Below are positions 24,817 through 38,159 of a stretch of DNA of 64,000 bases, one piece after another. The DNA comes from Octopus vulgaris (taxonomy: Eukaryota): contig OX597822.1 of the NCBI GenBank assembly GCA_951406725.2, forward strand, positions 67,332,001-67,396,000. Direction: 5' to 3'. The position numbers and the translations under genes are program-made. The notes under the pieces are model-generated. The model did no database searches. It saw only the letters and a list, made by a program, of their open reading frames with translations, and was not told the origin of the DNA. Numbering within the stretch: position 1 is the stretch's first letter; each line of letters begins with the position of its first letter.

Positions 24817-25097
24817 CTCTTTATCACACGTTTTGTAGGAGCTCCCGGAGTCTGGCATGTGTAGCGGGCTTACTACCAGCAGCCTATGGTTCCATGCTAT
24901 TCGCTCTTTTCAGCTATCTAACCTGATCATTCTTGCCGTGCCAAAGAGGCAAGTCTTTTGAAGCAGCTTTACTGGGCACTCTATTTCAAATTTCCCTTAT
25001 ATTCTTCTTGATGCCTTCTGATACTGTTCCCAAGGACCCAACAATAATTGACACTATCTTCACCTTCTTCATTTTCCATAGCCGGGCTAATTCATAC

Positions 25098-25098
<1 letters not shown>
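24817..25098 (-). mobile_element. 5'-truncated Dong/R4-type LINE 3' end inside a (TAA)n array
   Basis: KYELARLWKMKKVKIVSIIVGSLGTVSEG..LGTARMIR (RLE C-terminus) plus 3' UTR. (TAA)n lies on both sides (24724-24816, 25099-25147). Confidence 0.85.
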
Positions 25099-25147
<49 letters not shown>

Positions 25148-25424
25148 TAAATAGCGTTGGCAGGATATAGATTTTCTCATCATTAGACATGTTACTATTA
25201 TTGTACTAGTGTTATCATAGACTGGAATCTGAATGCTACTAAAATATTCAGCTAATATGATTAACAGTTTGCACTTTGAGGGCGGATGAGCGTGGAAACC
25301 CTGGAGGCAACATCCTTTCTGTGAGTCGTAGTGGCCCGTGGTATTATTAGGTTTCGTAAGACATAATTATGGGACGATGCTACAGAAATCCTATAATTTA
25401 CGACGTTCATGTTAAGCGGGTGGA

Positions 25425-25850
25425 AGAGGTTGAGGAGGAAGAGGTGAGCAGCAACAATAAGAAGATAATGATGATGATGATAATCATCATGATAATGATC
25501 ATGATGATCATGACGATGATGATCGTGATGATGATCATGATGATGATGACGATCATGATGATGATGAAAAAAGAAAAATGAGGAAGAAGAAAATGATGGT
25601 GATGAGGATGATGATGATGATGATGATGATGAAAAAAGAAAAATGGGGAAGAAGAAGAAGAAGAAGAAGAAGAAGAAGAAGAAGAAGAAGAAGAAGAAGA
25701 AGAAGAAGAAGAAGAAGAAGAAGAAGAAAATGAAAATGATGGTGGTGATGGTGGTGATGATGATGATGATGATGAGGATGACAACGACAGCAAGACGATA
25801 GTCATGATTATGACACTGAAAACGATGATGGCGGTGATAATGAAGTTCCA
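25425..25850. repeat. Compound (GAT)n/(GAA)n trinucleotide tract
   Basis: Directly visible. Confidence 0.95.
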
Positions 25851-26029
25851 CATGATCATTGACGATAGCCTAACCCTAATCCTAACCCTATGCCCAATCG
25901 CACTTCCTTGACAAAAGGATTTCACCTTTCATAGTAAATATCGGCCGTCAAATGTAACGAAATGATTGAAAGAAATATGATTTTAACGAGCATCTTATGA
26001 ATGATGAATTCGAATCTACTTTCGATATT

Positions 26030-26142
26030 TACTTGTGGGTCGTCCGTCTTTCCGTTCTGAGTTCAAATGTCGCCGGATTCGACTTTGCCTTTCATCTCTT
26101 CAGGATCGATAAAATAAGTACCAGTTGAGCACTGGGGTCGAA
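26030..26142 (+). mobile_element. Family S SINE fragment
   Basis: CGTTCTGAGTTCAAAT..GACTTTGCCTTTCATC..GATAAAATAAGTACCAGTTGAGCACTGGGGTCGA. Confidence 0.75.
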
Positions 26143-27057
26143 GTATTCTTCCTCTCTTTGGTGATGAAGTCTCCATTAATTTAAGCAATTTATAAAAAAA
26201 AAAATTATACATACATCCAATATATCAATTCTTGAAAATGAGACTGAATATGTGGAAACATCTCGAATATAACTTTAGAAACTTCTTTCTTCAAAGCCGA
26301 CTGTGAGAATAAAGCAAAAAGTCTAATATAAAAACAATACGAAGATATTAAAAGGTATTTCTTGTCTTAAATGCAGCCGTCGAGTTCTGAACTAATGACG
26401 AAAACCCATCACATGAAGAAACAAATGAAATCTTGAAAATCCTGGAAACTATACTCAAAACTGAGCTGTTATAGTAAGATGGTAAGAAATAAATTAACAT
26501 GGTTAATACATGATAAAACTGAACAGTGTACAAGGGAAAGATCACCACTCTGTCTAAAAGCTACAAGAGGCGAAAATATGATTGAAGTATATCTGAAAGC
26601 GGTGTATTAAACCATGCGTGCTAGTAATCAAGCCGAATCCATTAACTAACTGTAGAATATGTGAATATTGGCAAAATTGTTATTGTGCCGGACAAAACGC
26701 TCAGCGGCCTTTTTCCTGGCTTTTTACATTCTGGATTCTAAAGACACTGAGATTGACTTTACTTTTGAGTCTTTCGAGACCGATAAAATGAATAATAGTT
26801 GAGCACTGAGGTCCATGAAATCGACTGGCACATTCTACTACAATAATATTACTTGCATTATGCTAAAATTTGAAACAAGTATTTCTAGTCGCTCAGTCGT
26901 AGTCAAGAAAAACACATCTACACTGGAAAGTACTGAGATGCTTAGTTACCAGCCAGAAAGGTGTGAAATCAAAATATTAAAATACTGATCTCAAAGGAAA
27001 ATGATTAAATGAGCACACTATGATATATTGCAATCCCCATAGACTGGAAGCAAAATA

Positions 27058-28314
27058 CGGGGTGTGGACTGTATTTGAGGAGAGATTTATGGGTTCTTTT
27101 AAATGCCTAGATAATAAGAGAAAAAATGTATTTCTATAAAAATAACATAAACATAAAGCTAAATTATCAGTTTAATAATTTCATTCAAGGAAACCACCAT
27201 AGATATCAGTAACTACCTCTACACAGGGTCAAAATCGTTTACATGCTCGGATTAAGCGGTCCTTGTTCGTATCGGACATGACTTGAACTCTAGTGGCTTT
27301 CAAAGAATCTGTGGTGCTTTGGGGGTGTTCATTGACATTTTTCTCAATGGTACTCCACGCATATTAGTCCAGTGGATCGATATCTGGGGAATTAGGCGGT
27401 CAAATGTTGGGGTGATGTGATCATGCAAATTGTCAGCCACCATTCTTGTGTGATGGAGCAGAACCTTATTGAAAGACACAAGGTCTTCTATTGAATACAC
27501 TGTTGATCCAAGGCTTAACAACTTTATTCAGAATGTCAATATACGTAGCAGCATTCACCCTAAGGCCTTGCGGAAAAAAAGTGAGGAGGCATCACATGTC
27601 CTTCATTGCCAACAACACCTACAACCATGACACTTGCAGGAAATGTTGTGTAAATCACACTTGGAACCTCAGAAAATTCTGCACATAGCCACCTGTCATT
27701 TCTTCTGTTAGTTTTCTGGTCCTTGTCAAAGATTTTTCTTATTTGAGAAAAACCAAATCATACTATCTTCTGATGGATTTTTGAAATTGTTCAAATGTCT
27801 TTTGGATCTGATTAAACAGTTTTCTTATGTTTTTTGGGTTTTTTTCTGACATGAATTGACCTCTTGTCATCAAAGATTTGTATCTGATGTCTTCATGCAC
27901 AACATTTCCGATTTTTGTTTTTTCTGGCCCTCGAAAGTTTTGTACAGTTGACCTCATTGTTTTTCCTGGATTGTCTTCAACGTTTTTTCTTAACTTCCTC
28001 AACAAATCCAGGTGTCCTGTCTGAATCAAAACATTTGGAATGTTTTACATTTTTATACAGAAAATACGCTTCCATTTCCTTTCTCTAACTCACACCGAAT
28101 CTTGAGGGCAAAAAATCAAACAGCTTTCAGAAAGCAAGAAATTTCTAAACCACAATGCGTAGCCTTCAAAGCCACAATCACAGCATGCCTTTTCATTTCA
28201 TTAGTAAACATTGAGCTAATCATTGTTATTTTCTGAAATAGAAGTTCTTTAAAAATTAGTCAAATAAAATAATGACTAAAAATACACGAGTCTTTAAATA
28301 CCCTCCGCACCCTG
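27058..28314 (-). mobile_element. Full-length decayed Tc1/mariner (maT/DD37D-like) transposon
   Basis: TA-flanked imperfect TIRs CGGGGTGTGGACTGTATTT / CAGGGTGCGGAGGGTATTT. Minus frames give VFQ*GSAPSH, *PPNSPDIDPLD*YAW and an HTH segment (ORF 27763..28029). Confidence 0.85.
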
Positions 28315-28415
28315 TATAATTAAAATAGGTATTGTTATGAAGGAATCCTACAATCGGGCGTTGTTCCAAGCCAAAGTATTAATCCCATGTCTTATGTAAT
28401 GGAAATGTATCGCTA

Positions 28416-29032
<617 letters not shown>

Positions 29033-29129
29033 CTATATTTGACTAAATTTTCCACTTCCTTGTGAAATACGTTACACTCCGTTGCTACTGATATTCGTTT
29101 AGGAGGCAATAATGATAATCAGCGATGTT

Positions 29130-29404
29130 ACCTGGGAATAAAGAGAAACCAGAGCTTGAGGTCTGCAAGGACAAACAATCCTCGTAATAACAGTAGCATG
29201 GGAATGATTGAAAGATTAAAAGCATGCTGCTAGATACCTTACACAATATACAAAAATTAGCACCAGTAGGCACCGCACACATATTTTGTAGAGTTGAGTG
29301 AATTCAATAGAAAATACAAAATCGAACCGAAACACTGCACATACCCAAGTCCCGAGAGACACTCTTGGCAGTGCACAGAAAGAGGCATTGATAAAATGAC
29401 AACC

Positions 29405-29491
<87 letters not shown>

Positions 29492-29500
29492 TGATAATAA
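29130..29500 (+). mobile_element. Decayed Dong/R4-type LINE 3' end with (TAA)n tail
   Basis: LHNIQKLAPVGTAHIFCRV resembles the family C-terminus (IQK.ALLGTA.ILR.V). (TAA)n at 29407-29500. Confidence 0.65.
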
Positions 29501-30086
29501 TATGATGAACAAAGGGAAAAACAATCATATTAATAGTTAGTCTCAACGTAAACACTTATTGCTAGAATATGATAGGGAAACTATAAACATGAAATGAAAT
29601 TACAAAGAATTTATAAAACCGAATACGACCATAATACAATATGATAAAGGAATTTCGTAACCGAAAACAAAAAGCAATAAAATACAAAAAGAAAATTAAT
29701 AACTGTAACAACAAAGACCATATGAACACCCTCTACCTGTCTTTCTCTCTCTGAATCTCTTTCTTTCTCTCTCTCTCTCTCGATTTCTTTCGCTCTCTCT
29801 CTATCTCCCTCTTTCGTTCTTTCTCTTTCTGCCTTCAACTTCGGTTCATGAAAGAACGAAATGTCGGACTTATATTGATTATTCTTGTTTCTATTTGTTT
29901 AATGAAGTACAAAGGTTCTCTGTCTGCCAAAATACAGCAATACCCGATTGCGTCCACAGGTAGAGACGCTCTTTATTGTAATGTAGCATTATATCCGATA
30001 GTCTACTTATGGCAGCATAGAAATTCGCACAAAAGCACCCTGTTATAAAATGATGATGATGAATAGCACAACAACAACAACGACAC

Positions 30087-30112
30087 ATTATTATTATTAT
30101 TATTATTATTAC

Positions 30113-30181
<69 letters not shown>

Positions 30182-30192
30182 CATCATCATCA

Positions 30193-30244
<52 letters not shown>

Positions 30245-30279
30245 CATTATTATTATCATCATCATCATCATCATCATCA

Positions 30280-30320
<41 letters not shown>
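30087..30320. repeat. (TTA)n/(TCA)n microsatellite
   Basis: Directly visible. Confidence 0.95.
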
Positions 30321-30931
30321 GCTTTATTTTTTTTTATATTTATTGAATTTCGAGAGAACGAGCCTCCATCTCAAAGTTCTCGTAAAAAAAAATAATAATA
30401 ATTTTTAACCGAATTATCTAATGAATTTTCCTTTTTTTCTTTTCTTCTCTTTTTTTTTTTTAGTCTTTTGTCGTTCCTGCTTTTCATTGAAATTCTAACA
30501 AAAGGCTCTCGGAATATTTAACGTTCCACCCCATTTCCTTACGTGGTAAATGGCTTGTCCTTAGAGATTTCAATAGTGTTATACATTCCAGAGGACTCCA
30601 ATGAGCATAGCTAAATGTTTAAGAAGTTCCTATAGATACTATGGGGTGCTGAGATCCATCCCAATTTGTGGCACCTTTAGCTCACGTCAATTTCCAATCT
30701 TGCGTGGGAAATTTAATGGAACAGGTACCGTATGAAAGTACCTCCAATGGATTGTACCGGTAATATTAATGTCCAGCTTACTCACAGAACTGGGCCTGAC
30801 AATTCATTTGAAGATTTTAAGAATACAGATATATGTGAATTACTCATCGTTTTAAACGTTAATTAAAAGAGTAGGTCAATCTTTCGCTGAATAAATGAAA
30901 GTTTATCGGGAAAGTTGACGGAAAATCCATT

Positions 30932-31118
30932 CTTTTACTCTTTTACTCTTTTAATTGTTTCAGTCATTTGACTGTGGCCATGCTAGAGCACCGCCTTTAG
31001 TCGAGCAAGCCGACCACAGAACTTATTCTTTCAGTCTCTTTTGTCGAACCGCTAAGTTACGGGGAAGTAAACTCACCAGCATCGGTTGTGGGGGGTCAAC
31101 ACAGACACACAAACATAT

Positions 31119-31177
<59 letters not shown>

Positions 31178-31547
31178 TATACGACGGGCTTCTTCCAGTT
31201 TCCGTGGCACCTTGGGCAAGTGTTTTCTACTATAGCCTTGGGCCGACCGAAGCCTTGTGAGTGGATTTTGTAGACGGAAACTGAAAGAAGCACGTCGTAT
31301 ATATGTGCATATATATATATGTATGTGTGTGTATATGCTTGTGTGTCTGTGTTTGTCCTCCCAACATCGTTTGACAAGCGATGCTAGTCTGTTTACGTCA
31401 CCGTAACTTAGCCATTCGGGAACAGAGACCGACAGAATAAGTACCAGGCTTACAAAGAATAAGTCCTGGTGTCGATTTGCTCGACTAAAGGCTGTGCTCT
31501 AGCATGGCCGCAGTCAAATGACTGAAACAAGTAAAAGAGAAAAGAGT
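30932..31547. mobile_element. Two headless family K SINEs fused in inverted orientation (minus 30932-31203, plus 31204-31547)
   Basis: TTTTACTC tail at left and AAAAGAG tail at right. Junction CAGTTTCCGTGGCACC. Confidence 0.88.
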
Positions 31548-31896
31548 GATATTGGTGTATATCTGCTAAGCCAATAAAGAAACGGGCTGTTATGTATTTA
31601 CCCCTGAAAGAAGAATTGCTGTGATAGTAGGTGATGTGTTGCGTCTCGACTGATGCAACATATTTGGAAGCGAGTGCGTGTTATTTAGACCTGAGCACGA
31701 GATAAATAAGCAGGCAGGAGTAATTTAAAATATTGGAGACAGTGCAGAGCCTGGGTCCGAGGTCAGGTTTCGATACAGCTAGACTGTAATCAGGAATAAC
31801 ATGTTACCCGACGGTCTCGAAGACTACATAGCTATCCAAAAAAATATATATGAGTGGATTTGGTAGATGGAAACTGAAAGCAGTCACTCGTATATC

Positions 31897-32120
31897 AAGG
31901 CAACACAGCGGAACAGAGACATCCTTACAATCTCTGAGGCCATCCTCATCCACCGAAAGAAACCTAAGATCAAGAATAGAAGGGAGTTACAGGAAGCTAG
32001 CTGGTTGCTATAGCAACACCCTTCTGCGCATGTCCACCCCACACACGCTCACAGACACGCATATCGGCAACATTCGTCAATTTCTTGAGAATGGGGCAAT
32101 AAGCCCGAAATATTGTTACA
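31897..32120 (+). mobile_element. Penelope-like 3' fragment, copy 1
   Basis: RNRDILTISEAILIHRKKPKIKN resembles the PLE GIY-YIG C-terminus. Followed by a hammerhead-like relic TTGAGAATGGGGC-AATAA-GCCC-GAAA. Duplicated at 33222. Confidence 0.6.
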
Positions 32121-32739
32121 AAGAGGAGGTGAATCAAATTGAAAGCGCAGGGCAATAACTCAAGTTGTTACAAGAGATACAGTGAAAGTTGCGAGAGAGA
32201 TATCTGCGTAGAATAGATTAAAAAGCAAAACAAGAGACTCTGGTAAGCGGCAACGGGGGTGAGAAAACAACAACAGATTGATTTTATTTCTGTCATTGCT
32301 TTCATAGCCTCGACATCAATGACCCATTGCTACGAAGGCGACGCAGCTTTAAGGATAATGAAAGCAAAGACAAATGGCAATGAGTCATACTCTTTGTTTA
32401 TACATCAGGAGCCGATCATTTTGGGCACAGAGAACCTAAAAGGTTTCCTAGCAGCCTCTCTACAGCAATCAGCCCTGCGGCAATGAGTAAAATGTAGAAC
32501 TCGCAGGAAGTCGTGGGGTCGTTCGGCATAATAAGAAAAGAACAAAAAAATAATGACATGGAGCGATCTAAAGCGTTCGTCTAAGGCTCTCAGTCGTCAG
32601 CTTCTGTTACTTACTGAATGGGCGATAGAACAAAAGCGATTCTATGCCGAATGAAGGAACCTGGGACTAATACGTCGAACACCGGAATTATAGTCATATA
32701 AGGTAATAGCTCAACTCATTATAATTTCACCTAAATAAG

Positions 32740-32950
32740 GCAACCTGCTCGCAGAATCGTTACCGCGTCGGACAAAACATTTTGCGGTATTTCGGCCATG
32801 TTTATATTCTGAGTTCAAATTCCGCCGAAGCTGACTTTACCTTTCAACATTTCGGTGTCGATAAAATAAGTAGGAGTTAAGCACTGGTGCTGATGTAATC
32901 GACTTATTCCTCCCAAAATTGTTGGTCTTATGCCAAAATATGGAACCAAT
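32740..32950 (+). mobile_element. Degenerate family S SINE
   Basis: TTCTGAGTTCAAATTCCGCCGA..TCGATAAAATAAGT. Confidence 0.75.
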
Positions 32951-33059
32951 ATTTTTTCTATTGAATGTTGATCTGTGTACGAGATTCATAGGACAAATTT
33001 TACCATGGCAAGGTGGCATTTAACAATACTATTCGTAAGGTTTAAGAAGTGTATTGTGA

Positions 33060-33810
33060 AGGCGTGGCTGGGTGGCAAGCAGCTTGCTTCCCAACCACGT
33101 AATTCCGGGTTCAGTCCCACTGCACGGCAACTTGGGCAGGTACCTTCTACTATAGCCTCGGGTCGACTAAAGCTTTGTTAGTGGATTTGTGATGGAAACT
33201 GAAAGAAGTCACTCGTATATCAAGGCAACACAGCGGAACAGAGGCAACCTTAGAATCTCTGAGGCCATCTTCATACACCGAAAGAAACCCAAAATCAAAA
33301 ATAGAAGGGAGTTACAGGAAGCTAGCTGGTTGCTATAGCAACACCCTTCTGCGCATGTCCACTCCACATACGCTAACAGACACGCATATCGGCAACATTC
33401 GTAAATTTCTTGAAAATGGGGTCATAACCTCGAAATATTGAATACAAGGTAAGTCTACATTAATTCACATACTTGTTTTCTTGTGGTTTACCTTGCGTTT
33501 ACTTCGCATTGTTTTGGCCTTACCCACGATCTTTTATACAACATAAATATATATATATGTGTGTGTATGTATGCATATATTTGTGTGCATGTGCCTGTTT
33601 GTCTCCCCATCACCACCACCACCATCTCTTGACAACCTATGTTAGTATGTTTACGCCCCCGTAACTTAGTATTTCGGCAAAAGAGACCGATAGAATAAGT
33701 ACCAGGCGTACAAAGAATAAATCCAGGGGTCGCTTTCTTCAAATAAGAGCTGGTGCTCCAGCATGGCCACAGTCAAAATGATTCAAACAAGTGAAAGAAT
33801 AAAAGAATAG
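33060..33810 (+). mobile_element. Family K SINE interrupted by Penelope-like fragment copy 2 (33222-~33530)
   Basis: Family K head 33060-33215, then an insert homologous to 31897-32120, then family K tail 33545-33810. Confidence 0.8.
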
Positions 33811-34287
33811 ATGATATTACGATGTTCCTTTTACCCTTAAATAGATGTCCTTATTATCCTTGAAACTGCCAACATCTAATATTGCAGATTTCGATTTTCG
33901 ATACGGAGCCACAGCGTTGCAGATTTCAATTTTTGATTGTAGGCGAGAAATGTTTCGCCATTATTTTAAAATTTACTTTGAAAAACCTTATCTGGTTTCA
34001 TATGATTGATTCTAGTTTCAGCTCACGAGCTGTGACCATGCTGGGGCACCGCCATATATGTAAGATTTTCATTATTTTCAATATGGTTTTTATTTTCCAA
34101 TGGTGAATTTAAGGTAAATTTTTAAGTTTAAAATACTTATTTATATTATCAAAATTATTTTTAGACCGAAAATATTAAAGATGTTAATGTCCACTGGCAT
34201 GCACGAATGTAGCCACCTTGTCATCTCTGTAAAAGCCTGTTGTTTTGATTTTCGTCAGTGCTCAAAATGTATATATAATGTACATTG

Positions 34288-35016
34288 TTTTCTAATCTAG
34301 GCACAAGATCCGAAATTTTAGAGGCGGAACCAGTCGATTAGATCGACCCCAGTGTGCAACTGGTATTTAATTTATAGACAGCGAATGGATGAAAGGCAAA
34401 TTCGACCACGGCGAAATTCAGAACGTAGCGGTAGACGAAACACGTATTTCTTTATTACCCACAAGGGGCTAAACACAGAGAGGACAAACAAGGACAGACA
34501 AACGGATTAAGTCGATTACATCAGACCCAGTGTGTAACTGGTCCTTAATTTATCGACCCCGAAAGGATGAAAGGCAGAGTCGACCCTGGCGGAATTTGAA
34601 CTCAGAACGTAAAGACAGACAAAATACCTATTTCTTTACTACCCACAAGGGGCTAAACACAGAGGGGACAAACAAGGACAGACAAACGGATCAAGTCGAT
34701 CACATCGACCCCAGTGCGAAACTGGTACTTAATTTATCGACCCCGAAAGGATGAAAGGCAAAGTCGACCTCGGCGGAATTTGAACTTTCATTATTACCCA
34801 CAAGGGGCTAAACATAGAGGGGACAAACAAGGACAGACATAGGTATTAAGTCGATTACATCGACTCCAGTGCGTAACTGGTACTTAATTTATCGACCCCG
34901 AAAGGATGAAAGGCAAAGTCGACCTCGGCGGAATTTGAACTCACAACGTAACAGCAGACAAAATACCGCTTAGCGTTTCGCCCGGCATGCCACCGTTTCT
35001 GCCAGCTCACCGCCTT
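34288..35016 (-). mobile_element. Family S SINE tetramer with repeated linker module
   Basis: Four GGATGAAAGGCAAAGTCGACC cores separated by ACCCACAAGGGGCTAAACA.AGAGGGGACAAACAAGGACAGAC, with a single head and a single tail. Confidence 0.9.
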
Positions 35017-35405
35017 TATATTAAATGTATATTAAAGCAGAGAATATTATACCACCACGTGACGAATCAGTCGGTAGTTATTTAGAAACGCAATCAAACT
35101 CTTTTTGCTTCCCTCATTAAATTTAATTATGAAACACTCCAACTCTCTCATTTATCTCTTTGTTTACATTTATGCAGTTAACCCTTGCTCTGCAACTCAC
35201 TATAACATTCATACACATTGATATTTTCTTAACACCAAGTCATTAACTTTCTATACACACCATCATTTACTAGTTCTTATAAAAGCACTTTAAACTGCAT
35301 CGTGCTTCACGGGTCCTTCAGTTTCATTATTTCAAACCAAACATAGGACAATAACACACCAAAACAATAAAATGTATTATTTATTTCCTGTTACATACCC
35401 TTTCT

Positions 35406-35411
<6 letters not shown>

Positions 35412-35472
<61 letters not shown>

Positions 35473-35473
35473 T
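35412..35473. repeat. (CT)n microsatellite
   Basis: Directly visible. Confidence 0.95.
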
Positions 35474-35559
35474 TAATAGCTTCATGTCCATAATGCACGA
35501 ACAAACAGGGAACAATTTTTCAGATACTTTCGAGTAAGGAATAATATAATTTAATTCCA

Positions 35560-36950
35560 ATTGCCTCAGAAGAAGATTTTAACGGGATTTCCTCTCTGCA
35601 CTCCTTCTCTGCTTCGTGTTAATGCCTTCAAACAAATTCCTAAACAGAACTGCTCAAGGCGGCGAGCTGGCAGAAACGTTTGCACATCGGAAGAAATTCA
35701 TAGCAGTATTTCGACTGCCGCTACGTTCTGAGTTCAAATTCCGCCGAGGTCGACTTAGTCTTTCATCATTTCGGGGTCTATAAATTAAGTACCAGTTACG
35801 CACTGGGGACGATGTAATCGATTTAATCCCTTTGTCTGTCCTTGTTCGTCCCCTCTATGTTTAGCCCCTTGTGGGCAATAAAGAAATAAGAATTGCTCCC
35901 AGATTCAAGAGCTGTAGCAGGACAATCAACTATCCTTTTCTTATGGACAACCATATGTTACTCATGCAGATGATAAACAACTACAAAAACCGTTTCATGC
36001 AACAGGTGGGCTACCTAAAAGAATATATGAGATTCGGAAGAGAAAAATGCTACATGATAAGAAAGGAAAATCAATTCAGAGCACTAATATCCTGCTGGAT
36101 GAAGAAACAACAAGAGAACTACGGCGAACAAAGACAAACACTTAACGATCAATGAACTAGACAAAGTACAATACATACAAATGAAAGAAAAATTAGAACA
36201 GAATATTACAGACCAACTGAATTAATACTTCAAACAGAGCTAAATGCAGAAAATAAGGTAATATGCATCAATACTCTAGCTGCTTCAGAAATAATTTATA
36301 GTCATACTATTCTCAAATGAACACTATATGAACTAGCGAGACTAAACATAAAAGTATAGACCTGAACTCGAATACGCAAAATCTGGCACAGAAATTATAT
36401 TTACTATTAATTCCTGGGTGTTGTCGTTTTATACAACCGAACAAATATCCACGGCAGATCAATACAAATCTAATGGGAAAAGCTACAAAACACGAGCAAA
36501 GCAAATAGAAAAAAATCTGTTTCCTGTCATGAAGGAACCAACAAATACAAACCAATAGGTGAAATCACAGGCAAAAAGTGGAACCAGCAACAGAAATTAT
36601 GAAAATACTAAAATAGTAAGCTAAAAATGAGGTTACATTGTGAATGGTAACGCGATGGCAATAGAAGCCGTAATATATACAATATCTCAACAGACAAAGC
36701 AGAGTGTCAGCAGAAAGGTTGCCAAGTTGGCTGAGAAGATACAGACGTTAAAGGGGAGACTGAAATTTTGTCGAACGTATCATAGGATCAAATTCTACCG
36801 ATCAGACTTCATTAAGAATATATAGGATATCATGGTGGGCAACGAACAGTTAACCATATTGTGTCAGGTTGCCAAGTCTTAGTGAAAAAGAATACAACAG
36901 GCATGGCAGTGTTGGGGCTTTCATTCACTATACCAGCATTATGAAATACA
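35560..36950 (+). mobile_element. Decayed Dong/R4-type LINE (RT to zinc knuckle), with a family S insertion at 35656-35891
   Basis: INYPFLMDN (decayed HL.YMDD), LILQTELNAENKVICINTLA and TVNHIVSGCQVL..RHG.VG. The inserted SINE is flanked by GAA(C/T)TGCTC. Confidence 0.75.
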
Positions 36951-36968
36951 AATGAATAAAATAAAGTA

Positions 36969-37918
36969 CAGTTCTATATTTAAGAAATAAGGAATTATGT
37001 ACATTAGATGGATATTTGTCCTCATCTTGTTTGTTGTTAGCACATATACCCTCCAGCCTTCATCAGGGGGAAATTTCGAACCTGAGTTCTCATACCTAAG
37101 GTATTTTTCGATGTTATTATTATTATTATTCAGGTCACTGCATGGAATCGAGCCTCGAATCTTGGGGCTAGTAGCCCGCGCTCATAACCACTATGCCATA
37201 TGACCGTGGGCAATGACAGAGTGAATTTTAGGACTTATAAATCTAATATTCTCCTATCCTTCCTTAATACCAGTTCCCATATGCTGCTCATATATGCATT
37301 CGGTCTGCTTAGAAGGTTGTTGTGTCCTAGCATATGTGCTACTTCTTTAGTTTTCGTATTTTCCAGTGGTGTTCTTTGTCTATTATTTTAACTTCATCCC
37401 AGAGGGGGAAGTGGTCGCCAATTTTTCCATACATGATCAGCTATACCCGATTTATGAATATCTCTTTTGCGATGTTCTTCTACTCTTATTTTGAGGGGGC
37501 GGCATGTTTTGCCTTTGTATAACCTACCACAGCTGCAGGGGATGGAGTACACGCAGTCTTTGGTCATATTCTCTTCTATTGGTGGTTTTACTCGAAGGAG
37601 ATATTTGCGAAGTGTTGTATTACTCTTGAGTACTGTCTTGATGTCATATGGGCCGCATATCTTTTGTATCTTTTCGGAGAGACCATTCACATAGGATAGA
37701 CAGACTGTGAACATTTCATTGGCTTCATCCTCTCTCTTCTTCATAATTGGAGTGGATCGTATAGTTTTGGGGTAGTTGTTGCTTAACAGATCGTTATTGA
37801 GCCTGATCATTTCTTCGTGGTGTATATCACGACCGCTACTTATATTCTTTGCACGATGTTTTAGGCACTGAGCAATCCCTCTCTTTACACTGTCCGTTTT
37901 CTGACTACTGTAATCCAC
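36969..37918 (-). mobile_element. 5'-truncated Penelope-like element: RT C-terminus, GIY-YIG endonuclease and pseudo-LTR
   Basis: ORF 37394..37918 reads CVYSIPCSCGRLYKGKTCRPLKIRVEEHRK..SGIADHVW and LSYVNGLSEKIQKI. The terminal region matches 14288 and 56311. Confidence 0.9.
37133..37205 (-). other. 73-nt tRNA-like cassette inside the Penelope 3' region
   Basis: GGTCATATGGCATAGTGGTTATGAGCGCGGGCTACTAGCCCCAAGATTCGAGGCTCGATTCCATGCAGTGACC: acceptor GGTCAT/GTGACC, A box TGGCATAGTGG, B box GGCTCGATTCC. Confidence 0.7.
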
Positions 37919-38159
37919 AAAAATGCGCGGATCAAGGCCTCATCGACTGGATATTTTACCGAAGGAATACGAAGAGATGATGTAAAATTAAAATATCAGT
38001 CCATATTGCTTCACGCAAGTATCACGCTAATTCACGATAGCGAAAGGTCGCGTGGAACGACAGAAACACAAACTCATACAATCCAATACAAACGAAAAAT
38101 GAATAGATGCATACACCTATGTACACTTATGCAATACTACTAATATAAAAACGATGGTA

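Noticed and set aside
25869-25890. CCTAACCCTAATCCTAACCCTA telomere-like repeat
   Set aside because: Under four imperfect units, too short to call an interstitial telomere.
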